DNA of 64,000 nucleotides from an uncultured Chloroflexia bacterium (GTDB lineage Bacteria; Chloroflexota; UBA6077; JACCZL01): NCBI GenBank assembly GCA_963765765.1, contig CAVXYC010000020.1, positions 544,001 to 608,000 of the forward strand, read 5' to 3'. Shown piece by piece: positions 53,267 to 63,321 of this stretch (position 1 is its first letter; each line of letters starts with the position of its first letter). The notes under the pieces were generated by a model. It saw only the letters and a program-made list of their open reading frames with translations, ran no database searches and was not told where the DNA came from. The position numbers and the translations under genes were made by a program.

Positions 53267-55096
53267 CTAGGCCTGGGACGTCCCGTTTTGACGGGGTGCC
53301 TTGACCGCCACATCGTCCGCACCATCGCTAGAGTAGTAGTCACCATAATGATAGTAGTAGCCAGATGAGGTGTATTTGGAGAGCGGGTCAGCCCGATAGT
53401 CGTTCAGGACGACGCCAAGGATCGGCTTACCAGTCTGATCCAGGGCGTCAAGGGTGCGGCGCAGGGACGAGCGACTCGCCTTCAAGTTGCGCGCGACGAC
53501 CAGAATTCCGTCCGTCGCCGCCGCAACCAGTAGTGCATCTGCCACCGGCCCGACCGGCGGTGTGTCGATGATCACGTAGTCCCAGTAGCGTTCCTGTTCC
53601 TTGATGAAGCTGGCGAAGTCCTCAGAACCTAAGAGCGGTGTTGGGTCCAGGACAGAGTGGCTTACCGGTAGCAGCTCGAGGCCTTCCACCCCACTCGAAA
53701 TCGTCTTGATCACGCTCCCGATGCGTGCTGAATCGGCCGAGCGAAGTGCCTGGACCTGGCTCGGTGGCCCCTCAGACGTCGCCTGATGGCCAAAGATACC
53801 CCGGACGCCGCCCTGTCTGGTGCGCGCCGGCACGCTCCCCGTCAGGACCTGAGCTGGTGCCGACTGCGCAGCTCTTTTCGCCGACTCGTGCTGGTTCAAC
53901 GCCTCCATAATTCCTGGATCGCGCTCCACACCGAAGGTCTTGTGCAGCTCAGGTCGCCGAAAGTCCGCATCGATCAGGAGCACTCGCGAACCGGCCTTTG
54001 CGAGGGTGACCGCCAGGTTGGCAGCGACAACCGTCTTGCCCTCGCCCTGCAAGGAGCTCGTTACGATGATGCTCTTAAATGGATTCTTGAGCGCTTTAAA
54101 GCGTAGGTAGGTCCGCAACGTCCGAAATGCTTCGCCAGCCGGGGTATGGCTGTCATGCAGTGCCACCAGGCCGGATCGGCGGACGTTCTTGGGCCATTTT
54201 CTTGTGTTGATCCTGCCAACTACGCTGGCTGGTGCGGTTGAGATCACCGAGACAATGTCGCTCGGGGAGCGCATTCGATGGTCGAGCTGCTCCAGCAGAA
54301 AGGCCAACGCCCCAGCCGCGACCAGGCCCCCGAGTAACCCACCGACCATTGCTTGATAACGGGGCGTCGTGGTGATGGCGCGCGCCGCGCTAGCGCTGTC
54401 AAGGATCGTCGCCGTGTCGAAGCTGCTCCGAGCCCGCCCGGTCTCGATAAGCAAGTTCGAGTAGGTTGTCTCGAGCGCCTGGATTCGCTGCTCGACATTG
54501 TTCAGCTCGGAGATTCTGCTGGTGTCCCCTCCGGCGATGGCGCCATCCAGGTCGTCGCGCTGCCTCCTCAAGGCGTCGAGACGGGTCGGGTAGGCTTTGA
54601 GAAGCGTTTCCATCTCCGCAAGGCGAACCTGCGTGCCGCCCTCCTCCTGCTGTCGGCGCAGGTTCTCGGTAAGGAACACTTCGGCAACCCCCTGGGCCAT
54701 ACGCCGCGCGTCCTGCGGATTATCCCAGGTAACCGCGAGGCGCATGATGTTCGTGTTTGGCGTTAGCCTGGCCGTAATCGAGTTGGCCACCGCCTCGGGT
54801 GGAACGCTCAGGCCAAGCTGATCTACCACGAGCTGGCCGAACGTTCGGCTGCGTAACACTTCCGCGTACGACGCCGCGAGGGTGTTGATGTTGTTCCCGG
54901 AGCGGCCGGTGGGATCGTCAGTATATTCGAGCAGGCCGCCTCTGGCCGCTGGGTTGAGCTGCAGGGTGACAAATGACTCGAAGCGCTGGGGAGCATCCGT
55001 GCTGGTCAGGTACGCCTGTCCCAGGCCGAGGATAGCCCCGATGAGGAATATGTACCAGCGTCGGATCAATACCTGGGCGAGGGCGGCGAACTGCAT
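53267..55096 (-). CDS. wzc: Wzc/CpsCD polysaccharide co-polymerase-tyrosine autokinase
   Basis: Wzz-like N-terminus with two TMs; EAFRTLRT, GEGKT, DADFRRP, DTPP; Tyr cluster YTSSGYYYHYGDYY. Confidence 0.92.
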   Translation of the reverse strand: MQFAALAQVLIRRWYIFLIGAILGLGQAYLTSTDAPQRFESFVTLQLNPAARGGLLEYTDDPTGRSGNNINTLAASYAEVLRSRTFGQLVVDQLGLSVPPEAVANSITARLTPNTNIMRLAVTWDNPQDARRMAQGVAEVFLTENLRRQQEEGGTQVRLAEMETLLKAYPTRLDALRRQRDDLDGAIAGGDTSRISELNNVEQRIQALETTYSNLLIETGRARSSFDTATILDSASAARAITTTPRYQAMVGGLLGGLVAAGALAFLLEQLDHRMRSPSDIVSVISTAPASVVGRINTRKWPKNVRRSGLVALHDSHTPAGEAFRTLRTYLRFKALKNPFKSIIVTSSLQGEGKTVVAANLAVTLAKAGSRVLLIDADFRRPELHKTFGVERDPGIMEALNQHESAKRAAQSAPAQVLTGSVPARTRQGGVRGIFGHQATSEGPPSQVQALRSADSARIGSVIKTISSGVEGLELLPVSHSVLDPTPLLGSEDFASFIKEQERYWDYVIIDTPPVGPVADALLVAAATDGILVVARNLKASRSSLRRTLDALDQTGKPILGVVLNDYRADPLSKYTSSGYYYHYGDYYSSDGADDVAVKAPRQNGTSQA

Positions 55097-55232
55097 GCGA
55101 AGCTACTATAACTCCCTTGGGACACTTTCTACGATCTGCCGCGAGCCTCGGCCTGTGATATTCCGGGCCGCGTGTGCGCGAACGGACTAACGCGGCGGCG
55201 GGTCCGATTCAAGGTGGACCTCGACGTGCCTG

Positions 55233-56290
55233 TTAGTCGGCGGATTCCGAATACGCCGCCCGCCGCAGACTGGTCGCGCCGCGCGCGACTAGATCCGCAA
55301 TCTGGATCGGAAGCCGGGGCACTTCGTTTAGCGGTGCTCGGCGCGACACTGTGGCGACGATCGGGCTCGGCCAGTGTGTCCGCAACACCTCTAGAGCACT
55401 GCTCGGCCGTCGGGCGATGTGCGACCATGGGATACACTCGCCATGAGCCTGGTGGTTTTTGCCTTTCTCCCACTGGCGAAGCACGGCTGGCACGAGCCAA
55501 CTGGGCAGCGGGTACGCCCGTTCCGCGATTGGAGTGTCGTCGATCCTCGCACCTAGTATCCGATGGGCCAGACCGATGGCCGCTATCGTCCACTCTGTCC
55601 GCCGCGGGTCACCACTCAGAAAGTAATCCCAGTCGAAATCGATCGGCCGGCCCTCCACAGCCGCTGCAATGTCGCACAGCCACAGCGGGCGCCACGCGCC
55701 GTGCCTGAGGAAATGCAGGCCAAGCAGGCGCATGTGGTCCTCCGGACCGAACATCCGGATACTCTGCTCACCGACTGGGACCACTTCTGAGCGACGATAC
55801 AACTCGTGGAACGGCCGATCGTCAAGCTCGTGACTCTCGCAGTGCAGGTCGACCACTGTGGACTTGGCCGCGCGCGTGAGGCAGGCCCGCGCGGCCGATC
55901 TCCTGCTCCGGTTGTAAGTACAGGTCGATGTCGCCACACGGTCGCAGCCCCGAATCTGGGTAGAGGCGTGCCGCCGCCCAGCCTTTCCCGAGCAGAGGCT
56001 CGACGCTTGCCGATCGCAGCATGCTGAAGATGCGTGCGATGTCCTGCGTGTTCACCTCGGCTTGCAGAGCCTGCCAACGAAATGCGTGCTTCAGTTCCTC
56101 AGCGGCCGGCGACTGGGCGAGCTCAGACCCACGCACGCGCCACCAGACCAGCGCGGCGCTACCTGATGCGTCGACGAGTGGGGTGAGATCACCCAACTCA
56201 ATGGCGGATAGGGGGAGTGTCAGCGGCTCTGGGCGCCAAGCGGCGGTAAGGCCACAACTGACCAGTGATCCCGAACCTACTCGCCCGTCC
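55233..56290 (-). CDS. nucleotidyltransferase family (NTP_transf_5-like) protein, frameshifted
   Basis: PLLGKGWAAARLYP..GLRPCGDIDL, VDLH, PEDH...LHFLRHG..R.LWLCD; start uncertain. Confidence 0.85.
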
Positions 56291-56393
56291 CGTATAAAAG
56301 AGACCTTCCCGACTGCAATACTCGGTTACAGTACGCGCTCGACCGACCGACGAAACACGCCGCCGCGGCAACTCCAGAGGCATGGTCGAGTGC

Positions 56394-57062
56394 TCAGGCT
56401 GACAGGCAATGGAAGGGGTTAACGCCCACAGTCCGGCATCGCTTTCCATCTGGACCAAAGTTAGTAAAGTTGCAGCAGAGTTCGCCGGCCTGACAGGCCT
56501 CGCCCGCATTGATGCAGCAATTCTTCCCAGTCTGACCGGATTGCGCGCAATCGGTCCCTGCATCGGCATCGTTGCAGGAGCAGTTGCTGGTGGCGCAAGT
56601 CCCTCCAATGCATAGGTCCCTGACGCCCGGGCCACCGGCAGTGGTGCAGCACTGCCCCGGTCCAAGGACACTTCCCTGTGCCTGGGCGGTTGGCGCCGTA
56701 ATGGTCGATATCGCCGGCAGGACAATGGCGCCGCCAACGACGCCGATGCCGACCTTACGCATAAACGATCGCCGCGATACTTCAGCCACCTCCCTCGGCG
56801 GCTCAACTCGGTGCTCCAGGAGATCTGCTTGACTGAGCTGCTCGAGAGCGATCCAGACCACTCGCTCGTCAACCGGAGCGTCCAGCGCATCGCGCAACCG
56901 CGCTGCGAGCTCGGGGACGCTCGTCTCGCCATCGCAGCACCGCCAGACGAGAGTCGAAGTTTTGTTTAAGGAATGGGCTCGATGACGCAGCAAATCGTAG
57001 ACGAGCACCTCATCGTCCACTTCTCGCATGACCAAGCCGTCTTCTCGCGCGCGAGGTATCAT
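56394..57062 (-). CDS. PqqD/RRE-domain protein fused to a twin-arginine motif and a Cys-rich peptide (222 aa)
   Basis: RBS GGAGG then MIPRAREDGLVMREVDDEVLVYDL..HRAHSLNKTS..VWRCCDG...LEQLSQADLL (PqqD); SRRSFMRK + hydrophobic stretch + AQA; 94-aa tail with 14 Cys. Confidence 0.88.
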   Translation of the reverse strand: MIPRAREDGLVMREVDDEVLVYDLLRHRAHSLNKTSTLVWRCCDGETSVPELAARLRDALDAPVDERVVWIALEQLSQADLLEHRVEPPREVAEVSRRSFMRKVGIGVVGGAIVLPAISTITAPTAQAQGSVLGPGQCCTTAGGPGVRDLCIGGTCATSNCSCNDADAGTDCAQSGQTGKNCCINAGEACQAGELCCNFTNFGPDGKRCRTVGVNPFHCLSA

Positions 57063-57372
57063 GCCGTTCCGCCCCTCCGGTGCCCTCCGACCATTTTCTC
57101 GCCGAGTTGCCTCCCAACTGTACGACAGATGGGTACACGACTCAGTAACGTGCGCCTTCGCCAGAATCCAGTAGCTTGAAATGTACCATACTCGGCTTAC
57201 ACCCACCGGCGCACACCCACTTGTAGGGATTGATGGCACGCTAGAGCGTCTTGCTCGCGAAACACTGGAAAATCGCACATCCGAATGACGTGCGGATTCG
57301 GATTGCGATCATCTTGAATTAAGTTCCCAAAGCTGAGCGTTCTGCAATTGAATGTGCGTGATCCGGATCGCA

Positions 57373-58200
57373 TCAGGAAGACAGGGGCGTGCCTGCACCG
57401 ACCGCCTTCAGCAGGGTCATCGCCGTTTCATGCGCGTCACCGCGTGCTCCCTTGATGACCGTCGCGCACGATGCCACCTGCCCGAGAGTCTGGAATGCCC
57501 GCTCCGGCCGACGTCTGGCGGGCACCGTGTTCGCTAGCATCTCGAGCACCGCCGATCCTGCGGAGAGCCTCTGTGGACGCCATGGCTCATCGGGCTTGTA
57601 ATGCAGCATTGCTACCAGGGCAACCGGCAGTGGCTGGGTTCCGACACTGCCGAGCGTCTCTGGGTGCAGCCGCCGCGGCCGCTCCCCAGCGCCACCTCGC
57701 AGCGAAAGCGGGCGCGCGAACGGGTGCAACTGGCCGCGACTGTCCAGTACAGCGTATTCATCAGAGTAATAACTTGCGCCAGCCCGAATAAGCGCCTCCA
57801 CTAGGGTCGACTTGCCGCTCATCGACGTCCCGGGGATAATGATCGCCCGCCCGTGCCAGCCAACCGCCCCGGCATGTACAAACAGCCGCTGCCGAGCAAA
57901 CTCCGCCACATACAGATGCAAGTCTGACTGGAAAAGCTCGAACAGAACGTTCTGGTCAGCGGTGCGGACCAGCTGCTCAGGACCCTGCCAGAGCCAATAG
58001 TCTCGTCCAGACCCGCGCCCCTCGATCTGAAGCGAATACAGCCGATCGACCAACGGGGATCCAACCGACCGCCAGCCTGGAGGCAAGTAATCAATGATGT
58101 CTTTGAGGACCGATCGGTCGGAGACGCGCACGCCGATTTTCAGGCCGTAGGACGAGAAGGCTAGGCCACCACTCCAGTCGAGAGCGTCGATCGTCGCCAT
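57373..58200 (-). CDS. HPr kinase-related P-loop kinase
   Basis: LFVHAGAV, Walker A GTSMSGKST, YSDEYAVLD, PFARPL. Confidence 0.85.
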   Translation of the reverse strand: MATIDALDWSGGLAFSSYGLKIGVRVSDRSVLKDIIDYLPPGWRSVGSPLVDRLYSLQIEGRGSGRDYWLWQGPEQLVRTADQNVLFELFQSDLHLYVAEFARQRLFVHAGAVGWHGRAIIIPGTSMSGKSTLVEALIRAGASYYSDEYAVLDSRGQLHPFARPLSLRGGAGERPRRLHPETLGSVGTQPLPVALVAMLHYKPDEPWRPQRLSAGSAVLEMLANTVPARRRPERAFQTLGQVASCATVIKGARGDAHETAMTLLKAVGAGTPLSS

Positions 58201-58494
58201 GGATACACGCCTGCGCCTCAAACCCGGCGGTTCGGAGATGCACATCAATGTCGGAACATCCGGGCGTAACATTCGACCTTCGTCCCCCCTTAGCAGCCGC
58301 CCTTACTCGGGCGCGTCCTGAAGCATGTAGCGCCGGTCAACGCCATACTCCGCCGCTTTCTGTCAAATGGCTGTCGGAGCAGGTCAATCCTGATTGAACG
58401 TCACGACAACTCGACCGTTTATTTAGCGGCTATTCGCGACAGTATGCGTACGACCACTCGTCACCACCCGAAAGCGTAGTGGGAGCTCACCGTA

Positions 58495-58524
58495 TTGAAA
58501 AAATTTACATCATAGCTATACGCT
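58495..58524 (+). promoter_or_regulatory. possible sigma70 promoter in the divergent kinase/mauE intergenic region
   Basis: TTGAAA-18 nt-TACGCT in an AT-rich patch. Confidence 0.3.
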
Positions 58525-58629
58525 CGGGGTTCGCAGTATCGGATCGGCTGGAAGCTCCGCTTGCAAATGCAATAGTGCGGATGATAACTCGCGGGCTTGG
58601 AGTACCATCGACGTACGGAGATGCATGGT

Positions 58630-60182
58630 ATGGACATACTGCTCATTCTGGCCAGGCTGCTGCTCGCATCGGTCTTCGGCTTGGCCGCCGCTACCAAACT
58701 GGCCGATCGCGACGGCTCGCGGCAAGGGCTAGTCGATTTTGGCGTTCCGTCCCGACTGGCGGCTCCACTCGGACTTCTGCTCCCCATTCTAGAACTCGCC
58801 GTCGCCGTCGCCCTGATCCCGTCCTTCACTGCCTGGTGGGGGGCCATCGGGGCCCTCGGACTGCTTCTCGTTTTCCTTGGAGGGATCGGCTACAGCCTCG
58901 CTCGAGGGCGCACACCAGACTGCCGCTGCTTCGGTCAGCTCCATTCCGCTCCGATCGGGAACGCGACAGTCATCCGCAATGCTGTATTGGCCGCCGTCGC
59001 CGTCTTCGTCGCGCTCGCCCCACCCATCGCGCAACCTAGTGTCATCGCGTGGGCGGGTGACCTGACAACCGCCCAACTTCTGATTGTTGTTCTCGGCCTG
59101 ATCGGGGTCGGTCTACAGGCGACGCTAGTCTGGTTCCTGTTTCAGATCATGCGACTAGGTTGGCGATCTCCCACAGCGGTTCGAAGCGCTCGAAATGCGG
59201 CTCGGGGGACTCGAAATGCGGCTCGGGGGAATGGTCGCCGGCGGCGCCCCTCCCATTGCCAGATGTTCTAGGCCGCAACGGGCACGCATCTACTCCCGAC
59301 CCCATGCAAGGCCTGCCGGTCGGATCAACGGCCCCGAAATTTGAACTGCCGTCGATCGATGGGCCGACCGTCAGCCTCGATGGGTTGCGCGCCGAGGGTC
59401 GCCCGGTACTGCTATTGTTCGTGGACCCAAATTGCGGCCCATGTAACGCGCTCGTGCCAGATGTTGCGCGCTGGCAGCGCGAACACGCCGATGAAACGAT
59501 CATCACGATCGTCAGCCGCGGAGCGTCCGAGGCCAACCGCGCGAAGTTCAGCGAGCGCGGCGTGGCGAACCTGTTACTGCAGCACGAGTACGAAGTGGCC
59601 GACGCCTTTCGGGCCCACGCGACTCCTGCCGCGGTTCTAGTTCGCGCCGATGGGACCATCGGAAGTCCCGTAGCCCTCGGGCCCGAGCAGATCCGCACCC
59701 TGATATGGAGCTCCGTGCTCACTCCACTGCCATTCGTCGCAACCGGGGCCCACCAGGCACGCGGCTTGGCGATCGGCGAGCCGGCACCGGATCTTAGTTT
59801 TTCGGACCTGGATGGTGGGACCGTCGACTTGGCCGACTTCCGCGGCGCCCGCACGCTGCTCCTGTTCTGGAGGAACAGCTGCGGCTTTTGCCAGGGGATG
59901 CTGCCAGACCTTAAGGCCTGGGACGCCGACCCGCCGCCCGCCGCCCCGAACCTGGTCGTCGTTTCACAGGGCACGCCAGAAGAGAACCGCGCCCTGGGCC
60001 TGCAATCGAGGGTCGTGATCGACGACTCATTCGCGGCCGGAGAGGCCTTCGGCGCCAACGGCACGCCAATGGCGGTTCTGCTCGATCCCAATGGTAAGGT
60101 GGCCTCCGGCCTGGTCGTCGGCGCCCAGGCGGTCCTGTCGTTGGCGGAGGCTCGGGTGCCGTCGCAGCCGCCGAACGGCTGA
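58630..60182 (+). CDS. MauE/DoxX membrane domain fused to two thioredoxin-like (MauD/TlpA) domains, frameshifted near 59160-59260
   Basis: ARLLLASVF..AAATKL, DCRCFG, RN; GLPVGSTAP.F...PNCGPC; GLAIGEPAP...WRNSCGFC; GTPMAV. Confidence 0.88.
59189..59230 (+). repeat. perfect 21-bp tandem duplication (LEMRLGG x2) in the MauE-Trx linker
   Basis: ctcgaaatgcggctcggggga x2. Confidence 0.85.
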
Positions 60183-60249
60183 TCTGGGCTCGGTCCTGGC
60201 CGGCCCGCGCGACGCTTCGTCCTGGGATCCTACCGTGCGTCCTGACCCT

Positions 60250-61558
60250 TCACCGCCCACCGGTCCGCCTGCCCTGTGCTGCCACGCCATCGAGCAGCGC
60301 TTCGTACTGCTCCACCACCACTCGGGTCGAGTACCGCTCCACGGCCAGGAGGCGGCCATGCTGCGCCATCTGCTCGCGGGCACCGGGGTCGCGGTAAAGC
60401 CGGAGAATCGCGTTGGATAATCCGCGCGCGTCCTCCGGCTCCACGCAGACGCCGCAGCCCGTGGACTCGACCAGACTCCGCAAGTCGCTGCCGCGCTCGG
60501 CGCTCGCGAGCAGCGGGCGACCGCTGGCCATGATCTCGTAGATTTTCGATGGCATCGAGTAGCTCGCGGCGCGACGTCGATACAGCGACACCTGGACATC
60601 AGACGCGGCGCGCAGCCAGGGCAGGCACTCATTGGGCTGAAACGGTAGGAAGTGGACGTTGGCAAGTCCGAGCAGCGAGGCCTTCTGCTCGAGGGCTGGC
60701 TTGGCTACACCGTCGCCGACGATCAGGAACACCAGCTCCTGATAGTCTGACAAGAGCGCGGCGGCATCAAGCAGAGTATCCAGGTCGTAGACGTACCCGA
60801 CATTACCGGCGTGGCTGATCACGAACTTGTCCGCGAGCCCGTGCTGGCGGCTGAATGGGTTGTCTTTCCGCAGTGGCCGAATAACGTCGGTATCCACCCA
60901 GTTCGGAATGCTAGACACCTTGTGCGGAGGCACGCCCTTCCCCAACAGGTTGCTGCAGAACGAGGGTGTGATGACGCTGACGTGGGCGGCCACGTGGTAC
61001 ATGAACCGCTCGATGCGCTCCAGGATGGCGATCGCTGGCTTGCTGCGCAGCTGGCCGGCCGCGACCGGCGTTTCCGGGTAGAGGTCCTGGACGTTGTAGA
61101 CGAAAGGAATTCCTCGGAACATGCGGATGGCGGACGCGACCACGCCGGAGAAGAATGAGCCGTTGGTGCAGAAGATGACATCGTAGCGCCGCCGGGAAAT
61201 GATCCCCGCGACCGTCGCTAGCGCGCAGAACGACAGGTAGCTTAGCAGCCGATGTAGCATCCGCTGCTTCGTCCCTGAGGCATAGACCCACAGCCGCAGC
61301 ACGTCCATACCTTTGTAGTCGGACCGCTCGGCGACCTTGCCACGGTATTGGTCCCAAATCCGGAATCGCTCGTAGTGCGGGAATGTGGTGATCACCGACA
61401 CGCGGTGGCCGCGGGCCATGAAGCGCCTCGAAGAGCTGCGCCATTAGCAGGCCCGTCGAGTTCACGTCGGGAGGAAACTGGATGATGAGCAGCAGGATCC
61501 GTAATGGCCGCCGCCTCGGCTCGTGGCGAGCGTCTCGGAAGGCATTTCGCGCAGTCAC
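60250..61558 (-). CDS. GT4 glycosyltransferase (WcaI/WbuB-like), frameshifted
   Basis: FPPD, GHRVSVITTFPHY, VQDLYPE, IPNWVD, HAGNVG, PSKIYEIMASG. Confidence 0.92.
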
Positions 61559-61570
61559 GATATCGGCCTG

Positions 61571-63321
61571 CTAGCGCTTCTGGACAGCGTAGTTGCCGAT
61601 GAATAGCGAGTCCATTTTCGTCCGCAGGAAGCACTCAATCGCTTCTTGTGGGGTGCAGACGATCGGCTCGTTCTCGTTGAACGAGGTATTGAGCACAACC
61701 GGGACGCCGGTCCGGCGCTCGAACTCCTTGATTACCTGCCAGTACAGCGGCGCCGCTTGGCGATCGACGGTCTGGAGTCGTCCCGTTCCGTCGACGTGAG
61801 TCACCGCTGGGATGACTTCCCTGCTGCTCCGGCCGGACGTTGTAGACCTTGATCATGAAGGGGTCCGGATAGTCTTGGTCGAAGTACTTGCCGGTCGCGT
61901 CCAACAAGACCGACGGGGCGAACGGGCCGGAACGGCTCGCGGTGCTTGATGCGAGCATTGAGTACGTCCTTCATTTCTGCCCGTCGCGGGTCGGCCAGGA
62001 TGCTGCGGTTGCCCAGCGCACGAGCACCCCATTCCATCCGACCCTGGAACCAGCCCACCACTTTCTCCTCGGCCAGCAGCTCTGCAACTCTGCGGCACAG
62101 CTCGTCCTCTTCGAGCACATCGTAGGCCAGCCCGCGGCGGTCCAGTTCCGCCGCGATGCGTCCGTTGGCGAACTGCGGCCCGGTATAGGCATCGGTCATA
62201 ACCTGGGCGCGCGGACGACCCAGTATTTGATGGTGGATGTAGTAAGCTGCGCCCAGGGCCGTTCCAGCGTCACCGGCGGCCGGCTGGACGAAGATGTCCC
62301 GAAATGCCGTCTGCGGGCGAATCTTGCCATTGAAGACGCTGTTCAGCGCGACCCCACCGGCCAGGCAGAGCGCTTCCTGGTGGGTGCTACGCTGCAGCAT
62401 CCTCACCAGGTTGAACGCGGCCTCTTCCAAGACCGCCTGGAGCGAGGCAGCCACATCGAGCTGGTGCTCGGTGAAGCCGTCGAGCCGACCGCCTTGGGCA
62501 TCTGGCTGGCGGGGTAGTCCGAAGATGTCCACGAACTTATCGGAGTAGAGCGTGCCAAGCAGAGGCGCGCCAGCGTCCCAGGTCATCGTCGCCCCGCCGG
62601 CGTGGTGAACGAATGCGTCCAGATTAAGCTCAAAGGTTCCGTCGCGCTGCGGGCGCACGATCCTGTGCATCTCATCCAGATAGCGCGGTTGGCCATAGGG
62701 GGCCAGGCCCATCACCTTGCCCTCGTCCCCATAGCTCGGAAATCCCAACCATTGGCTCACGGCGGTGTAAAAGATCCCCAGGGAGTGCGGGAAAGTAACG
62801 CTTCCCAGCACTTGCATCTGGTTCCCGCGACCTACACCCCACATTGTGCTTGTGAAATCGCCCATGCCATCCAGCGATAGGATGGCCGCCTCGTCAAAGG
62901 GCGAGACGAAGAAGGCACTCGCCATGTGGGCATGGTGGTGCTCCACGTTATGGAACTCCGCCTTGAGCGCTGCTGCGTCGAGTCCCAGACCTTCGACTAA
63001 CGTCTTCTTCGGGTCGCCGACCTTCGCCGCATTGGCCAGTCGGTCGCGGATCAGGTCAAAGCTCGGCCGTCGACGGAGCGCAAACAGAACCTTCTTGTGG
63101 AGATTCGCGCTCGGGTCGCGCGAGATCCCGACGTGGTCCAGGTCATAGGCCGTGATTCCGGCTTCCGAGAGGCAGTAGCGAATCGCCTCGACTGGAAATC
63201 CGGCCCAGTACTTAATGCGACGAAACCGCTCTTCTTCCGCCGCTGCAATAAGGACCCCATCGCGGATAAGGCAGGCAGAAGCGCCGGCATGATAGGCGTT
63301 GATACCGAGTATGTCCGTCAA
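61571..63321 (-). CDS. NodU/CmcH-family carbamoyltransferase, frameshifted
   Basis: [68 protein letters not shown]. Confidence 0.94.

Noticed and set aside
46703-57062. Lasso peptide cluster (AsnB-like + PqqD + kinase + nucleotidyltransferase)
   Set aside because: The AsnB keeps the N-terminal catalytic Cys (MCGIAG) and a full glutaminase domain and sits inside the GT operon. I saw no transglutaminase-like B2 peptidase and no short lasso precursor.
57063-57278. N-terminal 72 aa of the 294-aa ORF call
   Set aside because: PqqD similarity and an RBS begin at ATG 57062; the extension looks like an ORF-finder artefact.
56394-60182. Methylamine dehydrogenase (MauA/D/E) or PQQ biosynthesis
   Set aside because: The Cys-rich tail has no Trp, so it cannot form TTQ. 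No mauB/G or pqqA/B/C/E is present.
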